NCBI RefSeq assembly: GCF_045617425.1
Contig: NZ_JAZLIO010000009.1
Span: forward strand, 421,261-445,260
Direction: 5' to 3'
DNA: 24,000 bases
From: Carnobacterium sp.
GTDB lineage: Bacteria > Bacillota > Bacilli > Lactobacillales > Carnobacteriaceae
A program made the translations under genes and the position numbers. Positions 1-8,105 of this stretch are shown here, piece by piece; positions within the stretch are counted from its first letter, which is position 1; each line of letters opens with the position of its first letter. Below the pieces are notes generated by a model. It worked only from the letters and a program-made list of their open reading frames with translations. It had not been told where the DNA came from and did not search any database.

Positions 1-673
1 TCGCAATACTTACTGTACTATCACGTAAGAATCCTAGTCCTTTTGGAAAATTAATATTCTCTGTAGAATGTTCTTTATCCTTTTTAAAGATTCTTCCAAC
101 ATAACCACTTAAAGCATAACCTACTGCACTAAAATGTCCTAGTGCCACATTGTCATTTCCTGTTAATTCACGCATAAATGGTTGAACGATAGCTGGAGAT
201 AAAGTCATAATGATGCCTAATGCGACAGAACCTGCAATAATTAGCGGGATTGTATTAAATCCAGCTACAGCCATTATTACAGCTAACATACAAGCCATAT
301 ATAGGGTATGATGTCCTGTTAAAAAGATGTATTTAAATCTAGTAAATCGTGCAATTAAGATATTAGCAATCATCCCAAAAAACATGATCAAAGCAGTGTT
401 TGTTCCATATTCAGTTAATGCTAATGCTACAATTGCTTCATTATTTGGAACGACTCCTGCAATATTAAAAGCCTCTTGGAACATTAGACCAAATGGTGCC
501 AAAGACGTTTCTAATATTCCTGCACCGGCTTGTATAACTAAAAATCCAACAAATGTTTTAACAGTGCCTTTTATAACATCCGACGTTTTTTTCTTTTGAA
601 CCAAGAGACCTACAAGCGCAATAAACGCAACTAAAATGGAGGGTGCACTTAAAATATCAATTAAAGTATTCAT
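1..673 (-). CDS. PTS ascorbate-family (SgaT/UlaA-like) EIIC permease, N-terminal ~224 codons; the 3' end lies beyond the window edge
   Basis: Absent from the ORF track because it runs off the window. Hand translation of the minus strand from ATG 673..671 gives MNTLIDILSAPSILVAFIALVGLLVQKKKTSDVIKGTVKTFVGFLVIQAGAGILETS...FLTGHHTLYMACMLAVIMAVAGF...NFPKGLGFLRDSTVSIA, open to position 1. It is a hydrophobic multi-pass protein colinear with the UlaA/SgaT N-terminus. GGAGA RBS at 681-685, 7 nt upstream. It sits directly downstream of an EIIB gene. Confidence 0.8.
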   Translation of the reverse strand, partial: MNTLIDILSAPSILVAFIALVGLLVQKKKTSDVIKGTVKTFVGFLVIQAGAGILETSLAPFGLMFQEAFNIAGVVPNNEAIVALALTEYGTNTALIMFFGMIANILIARFTRFKYIFLTGHHTLYMACMLAVIMAVAGFNTIPLIIAGSVALGIIMTLSPAIVQPFMRELTGNDNVALGHFSAVGYALSGYVGRIFKKDKEHSTENINFPKGLGFLRDSTVSIA

Positions 674-717
674 TTTTTTATCTCCTATTCATTTATTAAT
701 TTCTCTTGCACAAAATC

Positions 718-999
718 TTAAAGCACACCTTTTTCTTCAAGTGCTTTTTTTACTTTTTCTCTTAATTCATCAATATCAATGATACTGTCCAAAATAACAA
801 CATTTCCTAATTGTTCTCCACCTTCAGCAATATCTTTAGCTAAGAAAAAGATATCTGCATCTCCTGGTTGTGCAGAACTTAAGTCAGAATGTGAAACCTC
901 TACATCTGTAACTCCTAATTCACCTAATACTTGATTAATATTCATTTCCACCATAAAACTAGTCCCTAATCCTTGTCCACAAACTGCTAAAATTTTCAT
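718..999 (-). CDS. PTS EIIB component (ascorbate/UlaB-SgaB type)
   Basis: 93 aa. N-terminal MKILAVCGQGLGTS carries the phospho-cysteine loop typical of PTS_IIB. The ATG overlaps the upstream regulator stop by 1 nt (TAATG), suggesting translational coupling. An EIIC gene follows. Confidence 0.85.
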   Translation of the reverse strand: MKILAVCGQGLGTSFMVEMNINQVLGELGVTDVEVSHSDLSSAQPGDADIFFLAKDIAEGGEQLGNVVILDSIIDIDELREKVKKALEEKGVL

Positions 1000-3041
1000 T
1001 ATTCATCTTCTCCCTTTTTTATAATACTAATAATCTCTTCTGCTGTTTTTGATTCTTTAATAGCATTTAATGTTGTATCATTGCTTAAAAGTTTCGTAAT
1101 TTGTGCTAAAGCTTTCAAATGAGCTTGATTATCAATAGCGGCTAAACAAATAAAAATATCAATTTTATGCTCTTCTTTATCCAGTAGCAGTACAGGAGTT
1201 GTTGTTCTTAAAAATGAAATACCTAAACTATTCACACCCGCTTCAGGTCGTGCATGTGGAATTGCAATTCCTTTACCTATATGAATGTAAGTTCCAATTT
1301 CTTCAACATTTTTTATCATAGCTTCCACATATCCCGATTGAACTTTGTTAGAATCAACTAAAGGCTGAGCAGCCTTAGTAATTGCACTTTTCCAATCCAT
1401 TTCTTGATTTGTAAATTGAATCATATCTTTAGTTAATAATTCTGAAAGCATTGGCTTATAAGCCCCCTTTTCTATTTCTCTTGAATGAATGAGAGTAATT
1501 AGTTCTGATAGTAGCTTTTTCTCATCTATTACTTCTGTATATTTATGAATTATTTTCATTAACTGATTAATTGAAATATTTTTTAAATTTAATCTTGGAA
1601 ATTGAGTAGATACAGATTGAATTAGGTGATTCTTTTCAATATCTGTTAGTAAGGGTTTTACTCGGTAAACTGGTTTGATTGATATCACTTCTACTGTTGA
1701 AAAAATCAAATCATAATCTGTGATCGGAATATGATAAATTTGTTCAATTGTATGAACACGAGAGAATTGAATATTTGGAAACATGTCCTGCAATTGTGAA
1801 CGGAGCATGATTGATGTACTAACTCCATTTGAGCAGATAACGAGTGCATTTACTTTTTCTGGTTTCTTTTCTTTGCTTTTTTCTAGGTAACCACCAAAGT
1901 GTAATGTAAAAAAACTTATTTCTGTTTCACTAATCATTTTTCCCGTCAAAGCTGATAATGGCTCTAAGGCTCTTTTAACAAATTCGAACAAATCAGCGTA
2001 TTCTGTTTTAATTCTAGTTACCATAGGATTGACTAACGGAACGGCAAATGTAATTCTAAAAAATGCTGGAACAAGATGATTATATAAACTTATCTTTAGT
2101 TGTTTTTTGTAGTGCATGGGCAATAAAGTGCTTTTTTCAAATTCTTCAATAATTTGTTCTGCTAATTCCTCAAGAAAGGGGTTTTCGTTATCCTTTATTT
2201 CTTCTTGTGTGATTAGTAATTGAATAGTAAAAAAATACACCACAGTTTCATTTTTCCCATTAAACAAAGATGTCGCCAATTGTTTTCCATTTTCAAATAA
2301 TAACTGTCTTTGTAATAATTGCTTTTCAAATTCAGTGTATTGCAATTTTTCTGTTTTATTTCTCAATTTAACGAAGAGAATATGCAGAATCATTTCTGCT
2401 TTTCTACTTTTAACTAGTTTTAATTGATTTTTTTTTACTAATCTATCGACTATTTGTTGAACGATTACAAGCTCTTCTTCTTTTCTCCAAGCTTTAATAA
2501 TCAAAATAATCAGTTCTTTTCCTAACGGTTGGGATAATAAATAGTCAATACAATAGGAAGCGTATTTCCATTTTTTATTCTCAGTTCCCTTTAAGTGATA
2601 CCCCTCCTTTCTGGAATAAACTAGACTGATATCCCACTCTTCACAGCTTAGTTTTGCTTTTTTCACATCTGTTAAAGCAGTGTTCTTACTTACACCCAAC
2701 AATAATTGATAGTGGTAATTTGATAGTGCTTCACTTCTAATATAGGTATATAAGTAAATCAAAAGACTTCGAGTATCTTCAGGTATAACAAATTGCTTTG
2801 CATTGATGTTTAATGGCATTCCTATTTCGATTCGTTTCTTTAATATTTTGTCGATAAAGAAACTTTGATTTTCTATTCTAATCACAGGCAAATTCATCAT
2901 TAGCAATGTATCATTGACCTTATCTAAATCATATTGAAGTTGTCTTTCAGTTAGATTTAGTACTCTCATAACTTCAAATTTACTTATCTTATCATGTAGC
3001 GTTATTTCTTCGAATAGCCTGTAAGCTTTTTCATCAAACAA
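999..3041 (-). CDS. PRD-containing PTS regulator (BglG/MtlR-like activator: HTH + PRD + EIIB-like + EIIA domains)
   Basis: 680 aa. N-terminal winged-helix/Mga-like region. PRD-type histidines (LHILF, TLHFGG). EIIB-like VICSNGVSTS. C-terminal EIIA (fructose/mannitol type) with GIAIPHARPE. TTG start preceded by GAGGAGGT. First gene of the PTS operon. Confidence 0.85.
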   Translation of the reverse strand: MFDEKAYRLFEEITLHDKISKFEVMRVLNLTERQLQYDLDKVNDTLLMMNLPVIRIENQSFFIDKILKKRIEIGMPLNINAKQFVIPEDTRSLLIYLYTYIRSEALSNYHYQLLLGVSKNTALTDVKKAKLSCEEWDISLVYSRKEGYHLKGTENKKWKYASYCIDYLLSQPLGKELIILIIKAWRKEEELVIVQQIVDRLVKKNQLKLVKSRKAEMILHILFVKLRNKTEKLQYTEFEKQLLQRQLLFENGKQLATSLFNGKNETVVYFFTIQLLITQEEIKDNENPFLEELAEQIIEEFEKSTLLPMHYKKQLKISLYNHLVPAFFRITFAVPLVNPMVTRIKTEYADLFEFVKRALEPLSALTGKMISETEISFFTLHFGGYLEKSKEKKPEKVNALVICSNGVSTSIMLRSQLQDMFPNIQFSRVHTIEQIYHIPITDYDLIFSTVEVISIKPVYRVKPLLTDIEKNHLIQSVSTQFPRLNLKNISINQLMKIIHKYTEVIDEKKLLSELITLIHSREIEKGAYKPMLSELLTKDMIQFTNQEMDWKSAITKAAQPLVDSNKVQSGYVEAMIKNVEEIGTYIHIGKGIAIPHARPEAGVNSLGISFLRTTTPVLLLDKEEHKIDIFICLAAIDNQAHLKALAQITKLLSNDTTLNAIKESKTAEEIISIIKKGEDE

Positions 3042-3066
3042 AAGAGTACCTCCTCTTCATAAATCA

Positions 3067-3095
3067 ACTATAATAGTCTACTCATTCTATATCAA
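3067..3095 (-). promoter_or_regulatory. Candidate sigma-A promoter of the PTS regulator operon (TTGATA-N17-TATAGT on the minus strand)
   Basis: The minus strand reads TTGATA (3095..3090), a 17-nt spacer, then TATAGT (3072..3067), about 25 nt upstream of the RBS and TTG start at 3041. Confidence 0.45.
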
Positions 3096-3160
3096 TGAGA
3101 TTTAAACCCAATTTTTGTAATCGTTTTCTTTATTTGTTGTGCTCAACTTGAAATTCCACA

Positions 3161-3200
3161 AAAAAAAACAAACCTAACCCTAAAATCAGGAGCTTAGGCT
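3161..3200 (-). terminator. Rho-independent terminator downstream of the cis-prenyltransferase gene
   Basis: Minus-strand RNA AGCCUAA...UUAGGUU (7-bp stem with one G-U pair, 3200..3194 with 3177..3171) followed by UGUUUUUUUUU (3170..3160). Confidence 0.5.
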
Positions 3201-3241
3201 TGCATCACTTTATATACAATAACATAATTTTGCATTTATTT

Positions 3242-3901
3242 TTATCCACCTAATGTAATATCTTGATCCTGGTACCATTGCAGTGCTGCATGTACTTGAT
3301 CGAGATTATAATCCGGCCACATTTCTTCAGCTATATAAAAATCAGAATAGATGGATTGGATCGGTAAGAATCCACTTAATCTTCTTCTACCGCCCCAACG
3401 TATGATAAGATCCATTCTTGAGATATCTGAAGATGCAATATTTTTTGTAAAATCTTGTTTAGGATCAAAATCACTTTGCTTAATGCCATAATTTAAATCC
3501 CAATTCCAGCCATAATTCACTAAAAAATTGATTTTCATTAGTCCTTTTCCGAATTTAGTCCGTTTAGTATAAGGGAGTAATTCTTTTGGAAACAATGGAG
3601 AATTAGTATTTCCAACAACCAGCAGGTCTGCATCTCTATCTTTCAATTTATTGACTGCATCTACACAAGCCTTTTGGAAAGCTCTTGTTTGTTCAGCTGG
3701 TCTTTTGGTATTATCTACAGTAAAACCATAAAAAGTCATTTCTTCGATACCTAATTCTAAACAAAGATGATACAACTCTAATCCAGGTTCTATACCAAAT
3801 TTGTAACCTTCTTGCTTTTTAAAACCATTTTCTTGAGCCCATCGCCTATTGCCATCCGGAATGATACCAATATGTTTAGGCAGACGTTTGTATGTTGCCA
3901 T
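3242..3901 (-). CDS. Short UppS-family cis-prenyltransferase (isoprenyl transferase paralog)
   Basis: 219 aa. Family signatures are present: HIGIIPDGNRRWA (substrate/Mg site), TFYGFTVDNTKRP, VNYGWNWD, LIIRWGGRRRLSGFLP, C-terminal LGG. RBS AAAGGGGGA. Monocistronic, with terminators on both sides. Confidence 0.8.
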   Translation of the reverse strand: MATYKRLPKHIGIIPDGNRRWAQENGFKKQEGYKFGIEPGLELYHLCLELGIEEMTFYGFTVDNTKRPAEQTRAFQKACVDAVNKLKDRDADLLVVGNTNSPLFPKELLPYTKRTKFGKGLMKINFLVNYGWNWDLNYGIKQSDFDPKQDFTKNIASSDISRMDLIIRWGGRRRLSGFLPIQSIYSDFYIAEEMWPDYNLDQVHAALQWYQDQDITLGG

Positions 3902-3981
3902 TTGATTTCCCCCTTTAACTCATCCTCTTATTATTGTAACTGAATTCGTGCTAAATAAATAATAAATTACTTTATTCTATG

Positions 3982-4020
3982 AAAAAACCTCTCAAAATAA
4001 ATTCTTTTGAGAGGTTTTTT
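3982..4020 (-). terminator. Bidirectional rho-independent terminator after scrB
   Basis: Perfect 10-bp stem cctctcaaaa (3988-3997) / ttttgagagg (4005-4014) with a 7-nt loop, flanked by an A-run (3982-3987) and a T-run (4015-4020). Confidence 0.85.
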
Positions 4021-4022
4021 AT

Positions 4023-5432
4023 TTAACTCTTGTCTTTCACTATAAATGAACGAAGAGTGTATCCAGTGATAGTCTTTTCTACTTTTCTATTTAAATACTT
4101 AAAGTTAAATGAATGGTTCATTTCGCTTGTAAAATATCTTAACGTAAACACTTCTTCTCCTTTATTCAAAAATATCTCTACCATTGAGCTTTCAATCAGT
4201 AACCGTAACTCCATCAAATCCTGTGTTAAAAAAGTTGTTCTTTCTTCTTTAACATTTGTCAGCCAATTGGTTCGAACAACGGTAATTTTTTTATTTGATG
4301 CTTGATAGTTAATCTCAATTTCATTTCTTAAATAAATAATAAAATCTGTTGCTGCTGCATCCCATTCAACAAGAATGTCTTGTTGGAGTGAAGATAACGT
4401 AAAACTTTCATCTTGGATACTTTTGCTAACTACCGACTTCGTTTCTCTTAAATGAGTTGTTTCAGCAATAGGGTATTGGATAAGTTTGCCCTTTTCATAT
4501 GTCACTTCTCTTGGTATAGATAATGCATGCAACCAACCACTCTTTCTAGTAGGTACAGCTGCTTCTAATTTTGGTTCCATCACACCGACCCACGCATATA
4601 GAATCGTTCGTCCACCAGTATCCTTAAAAGTTTGTGGCGCATAAAATTCAAAGCCATAATCTAGTTCTTTAAACGGTTGATGATCTCTTATAAATTTACC
4701 GTTATCACACAATTCACCTGTGAAATAACCAGATTGATAGATATTATTGTATTTTTCTCCCTCTGCTGTTAAGCCTTGGGGAGAGAATGCAAATACATCT
4801 TTGTCATCAAATCTCAAGACATCCGGACATTCCCACATATACCCTAATGAGAGAGGTTCATCCATCAACGATCCAGTTAAGGACCAGTCGATTAAATTAG
4901 TAGACTGATACATTAATGCATCCCCAGTTAAGGTTTCTTCTTTTTGTGCCCCTAAGATCATCCACCAGTTTCCGTCTTTTCCTTGCCAAACTTTCGGATC
5001 TCTAACGTGGGCGGTGTAGCCTTTTATTGGATGCTCTAAAACCGGTCCTTTTTTTTCAAAATGGATGCCATCTTCTGAAATAGCTAAACATTGATAGCTT
5101 TTGCGTTCTCCATTTTTCCCCCGAACGTTTCCAGTGTAGAATACATACATTTTTTCTTCAAAAACAACGGCACTACCAGAGTAGCATCCGTCTCTATCAT
5201 ACCAATCAATAGGTTCTAATGCTGGCTGATGAGTTTCCCAACGGATAAAATCTTTCGTTGTCATATGACCCCAGCTTTTTGACTGGTGTGTTGTATCCGT
5301 TTGATTCCATTGATAGAAAACATGATAAATACCTTTATAGTACACGAGTCCGTTTGGATCATTTAGCAACCCATGAGGTGGTCGAATATGATAGCCCAAC
5401 TCATATTGCTCCATTTTATTGGTTTGTTCCAT
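4023..5432 (-). CDS. scrB: Sucrose-6-phosphate hydrolase (GH32)
   Basis: GH32 motifs are present: LLNDPNGLVYYKGIYHVFYQWN, RDP (AHVRDPKV), WECPD. The ORF track starts at a TTG at 5459 that overlaps scrA. I prefer ATG 5432 (MEQTNK...), which is preceded by AAAGGA. The start is uncertain by 27-45 nt. Confidence 0.9.
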   Translation of the reverse strand: MEQTNKMEQYELGYHIRPPHGLLNDPNGLVYYKGIYHVFYQWNQTDTTHQSKSWGHMTTKDFIRWETHQPALEPIDWYDRDGCYSGSAVVFEEKMYVFYTGNVRGKNGERKSYQCLAISEDGIHFEKKGPVLEHPIKGYTAHVRDPKVWQGKDGNWWMILGAQKEETLTGDALMYQSTNLIDWSLTGSLMDEPLSLGYMWECPDVLRFDDKDVFAFSPQGLTAEGEKYNNIYQSGYFTGELCDNGKFIRDHQPFKELDYGFEFYAPQTFKDTGGRTILYAWVGVMEPKLEAAVPTRKSGWLHALSIPREVTYEKGKLIQYPIAETTHLRETKSVVSKSIQDESFTLSSLQQDILVEWDAAATDFIIYLRNEIEINYQASNKKITVVRTNWLTNVKEERTTFLTQDLMELRLLIESSMVEIFLNKGEEVFTLRYFTSEMNHSFNFKYLNRKVEKTITGYTLRSFIVKDKS

Positions 5433-5448
5433 ATATCTAAACGTCCTT

Positions 5449-6858
5449 TCAGCCTTCAATTTCTTCTCTCATTTTGTCACTGTATCCAAATAAATAAGTT
5501 AATGTAAATGCTACAGCAATCGCGATAACATTTGTTAAAATATATAAAAGAATATGGCTCAGGTCATCTAAATACAGCAATATTCCTGGAATAACTGTTA
5601 AAGACATTCCTGTAGCTTCCAGTCCAACTAAGCTACCATAGAAACCACCGACTCCTCCACCAACTAATGCAAAGACAAACGGTTTAACATATCGCAAATT
5701 CACTCCAAATACGGCTGGCTCAGTAATACCTAAGAAAGCAGATAAGGTAGAAGGATAGGCTAATGCTTTTAATTTCTTAGATTTTGTCTTCATAGCTACA
5801 GCTAATGAAGCTCCACCTTGTGCCGCAACACTGGCTGTAATAATTCCGTTATATGGGTTCACACCAGTATTTGCTAGCAGTTGAATCTCCAAGAAGTTGA
5901 AGAGATGATGAATTCCTGTTACAACAATCAGTTGATTTATTGTTCCTAGTACCAACCCTGCCAAACCAAATGGCAATCCTAACACCCAAATAGTGGCATT
6001 TAATACAACCACTTCTAAAGAATGAAAAACTGGTCCAATTATAAATAATGACAAGATACTCATAATCAGTAATGTCATGAATGGCGTTACCAATAAATCA
6101 AGCGTTTCTGGTACCCGTTTGCGGATCCATCTTTCCAATTTTGCTCCTACAAAACCAGCAATAAAGGCCGGTAACACGGTTCCTTGATAGCCAACTACTG
6201 GAATGAAACCAAACATGGTGATTGGGTCTACTGTTCCACCGGCTACTTCATAAGCATTTGGAAGAGATGGATTGACTAGCATTAATCCTAAGACGATCCC
6301 AATGATGGGTGATCCGCCAAAAACTTTAAATGAAGACCAAGCAACTAAAGCTGGTAAAAAAGCAAAAGCTGTATCCGTTAACACCTGAGTATATAATAAG
6401 AAATTAGGGCTAATATCAGTTGGGACCATTCCAAAGACAGCTAAAACTTGTTCTTGGGTCAATAATCCACGTAATCCCATAAACAGACCTGTAGCAACTA
6501 ATACTGGAATGATAGGAACAAATACATCCCCAAATGTACGAATGACACGTTGGAAGGCATTACCTTGTTTTTTTGTTTCCTGTTTCATTTCACCAGTTGA
6601 TCCTTCATTGACACCTAAGCCAACAACTTCATCATATATTTTATTTACGGTACCGGTTCCAAAAATGATTTGAAATTGTCCTGAATTATAAAATGCACCT
6701 TTTACTTTTTCAATACCTTCTACTGTATTTTTATCTATTTTATTTTCATCGTTTACCATAATCCTTAATCTAGTTGCACAATGAGCTATAGAACGGATAT
6801 TTTCTTTTCCTCCAACTGCTGCTATAACTTCTTTTGCTATTTCTTTATTATTCGACAT
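5449..6858 (-). CDS. scrA: PTS sucrose-specific EIIBC
   Basis: 469 aa. EIIB motif IAHCATRLRI at the N-terminus, followed by a glucose/sucrose-family EIIC membrane domain (GITEPAVFGVNL). No fused EIIA. RBS GGAGGAAG. scrB lies immediately downstream. Confidence 0.9.
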   Translation of the reverse strand: MSNNKEIAKEVIAAVGGKENIRSIAHCATRLRIMVNDENKIDKNTVEGIEKVKGAFYNSGQFQIIFGTGTVNKIYDEVVGLGVNEGSTGEMKQETKKQGNAFQRVIRTFGDVFVPIIPVLVATGLFMGLRGLLTQEQVLAVFGMVPTDISPNFLLYTQVLTDTAFAFLPALVAWSSFKVFGGSPIIGIVLGLMLVNPSLPNAYEVAGGTVDPITMFGFIPVVGYQGTVLPAFIAGFVGAKLERWIRKRVPETLDLLVTPFMTLLIMSILSLFIIGPVFHSLEVVVLNATIWVLGLPFGLAGLVLGTINQLIVVTGIHHLFNFLEIQLLANTGVNPYNGIITASVAAQGGASLAVAMKTKSKKLKALAYPSTLSAFLGITEPAVFGVNLRYVKPFVFALVGGGVGGFYGSLVGLEATGMSLTVIPGILLYLDDLSHILLYILTNVIAIAVAFTLTYLFGYSDKMREEIEG

Positions 6859-6880
6859 GACTCTTCCTCCTTTTCTATTT

Positions 6881-6916
6881 TGGAACCGGTTTCTATTTTT
6901 AGTTTAACCGATTTCA
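6881..6916 (-). promoter_or_regulatory. Two tandem LacI-family operator / cre-like sites in the scrA leader
   Basis: tggaaccggtttct (6881-6894, core palindrome aaccggtt) and tttaaccgatttca (6903-6916). The second matches the cre consensus TGWAANCGNTNWCA at 13/14 positions by hand. Both lie 23-58 nt upstream of the scrA ATG. Confidence 0.55.
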
Positions 6917-7011
6917 TTTGTTCTGTCTAGTTTAATGTATATAAAAATTCTATGACTACCTTATGAGCTAAATACGATGCACGTTATAGTGCATAAAGTC
7001 ATTTGACTGCC

Positions 7012-7037
7012 ATATCGGTTAATTAAAATGTATCTTA
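7012..7037 (-). promoter_or_regulatory. Sigma-D (FliA)-like promoter motif TAAG-N15-CCGATAT upstream of scrA (candidate only)
   Basis: The minus strand reads TAAG (7037..7034), a 15-nt spacer, then CCGATAT (7018..7012). The architecture is the same as the motif upstream of the second mcp gene. It may be coincidental. Confidence 0.3.
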
Positions 7038-7054
7038 TATCGATATAAAAAATC

Positions 7055-7096
7055 AAAAAAGTTCGATATAATGTCAAAATTATATCGAACTTTTTT
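7055..7096 (-). terminator. Rho-independent terminator of scrK-scrR, overlapping the scrR stop codon
   Basis: Perfect 10-bp stem gttcgatata (7061-7070) / tatatcgaac (7081-7090), flanked by A- and T-runs. On the minus strand the first arm encodes the last scrR codons, and the stem is followed by TTTTTTGATTTTTT. Confidence 0.75.
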
Positions 7097-8075
7097 GATA
7101 AGAAGTAGTTGATTCTCTCTTTACCAAAATATTAGGCAATTCTAAATTACGTATGCTGTCTTTACCTTCAATTAATTCAATGAGGTTCGCTACTGAAACA
7201 GAACCTAATTCTTCGTATGGGTATTTTACAGTCGTAATAGTTGGTGTAACAATGGAAGTAACTTCATAACCGCCAAAGCCAGATAATGAGAAATCAGTCG
7301 GAATACTCAGTCCTAATGTGTGAGCAGCTTTCATAACGGCTAACGCGATATTATCAGTTGCACACAAAACATACGTCGCCGTTGTTTCTGTCAATACACT
7401 CATCGCCTTTTCATACGCTTTTGAAAAGGAAAAACTAGTTTCAACAACTTCAACAGTCGTCTCTGGAGAGCATTTCAACGCATCTAAAACGCCTTTCGAC
7501 CTCAACTGCCCAACTGCCTCATCTTCTTCAAGAACGGTAAAATATAAAAAGGTTTTGTGCCCTAAATTAGTTGCATAACTTCCCATTTTAAACCCAGCTT
7601 CATACTCTTGATGAACAATTGTATTTAATCCATCTGCAAATTGTCCCAGTAGCAGAACTGGAATATTGACGTCTGCGATTGCTTTTCTATGCGCTTGAGT
7701 TACAACCGTTGCCAATAAAATAATGCCATCCACTTTTTGTTTAGCCAAAGTATAAATATTTTCAACTTCATGTTCAACATTTTGATTTGTATTTGTAATA
7801 ATTAATTGATAATGTTTATTTCTTAATTCTTCATCGATACTCGCTAATATCGTATTTGTTGCGAAGGAATCTAGTCGAGGAATGATGGTACCTATCATCT
7901 TTGTTTTTTTCGCTTTTAAACTTTGCGCAAAAGTATTCGGTGCATAGCCGGTCTCACTAACAATTTGATCTAACTTGGCCCTCGTTTTTTTACTAACGGA
8001 TCCGCCATTCAAATACCTAGAAACCGTACTTTTAGCTACACCAGCTTTATAAGCGATATCTTTTATGGTTACCAT
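7080..8075 (-). CDS. scrR: LacI-family sucrose operon repressor
   Basis: 331 aa. N-terminal HTH VTIKDIAYKAGVAKSTVSRYLNG, followed by a periplasmic-binding-protein-like sugar domain. Located between scrK and scrA. Confidence 0.85.
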   Translation of the reverse strand: MVTIKDIAYKAGVAKSTVSRYLNGGSVSKKTRAKLDQIVSETGYAPNTFAQSLKAKKTKMIGTIIPRLDSFATNTILASIDEELRNKHYQLIITNTNQNVEHEVENIYTLAKQKVDGIILLATVVTQAHRKAIADVNIPVLLLGQFADGLNTIVHQEYEAGFKMGSYATNLGHKTFLYFTVLEEDEAVGQLRSKGVLDALKCSPETTVEVVETSFSFSKAYEKAMSVLTETTATYVLCATDNIALAVMKAAHTLGLSIPTDFSLSGFGGYEVTSIVTPTITTVKYPYEELGSVSVANLIELIEGKDSIRNLELPNILVKRESTTSYQKSSI

Positions 8076-8105
8076 CTTCTCACCCTACGTTTCTTTGATC
8101 TTTGC

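Noticed and set aside
327-599. 90-aa plus-strand ORF from the track
   Set aside because: It lies entirely antisense inside the well-supported UlaA-like EIIC reading frame. It has no RBS, and its low-complexity composition mirrors the opposite-strand codons.
4030-5440. Plus-strand ORFs 4030-4305 (91 aa) and 5258-5440 (60 aa)
   Set aside because: Both are antisense within scrB (GH32 motifs are on the minus strand). Neither has recognisable motifs or an RBS.
5433-5459. TTG-initiated N-terminal extension of scrB overlapping scrA
   Set aside because: The extension starts inside the scrA coding end without an RBS. The ATG at 5432 has an AAAGGA upstream, and the extension adds no conserved GH32 sequence. 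This is a start-site choice only and remains uncertain.
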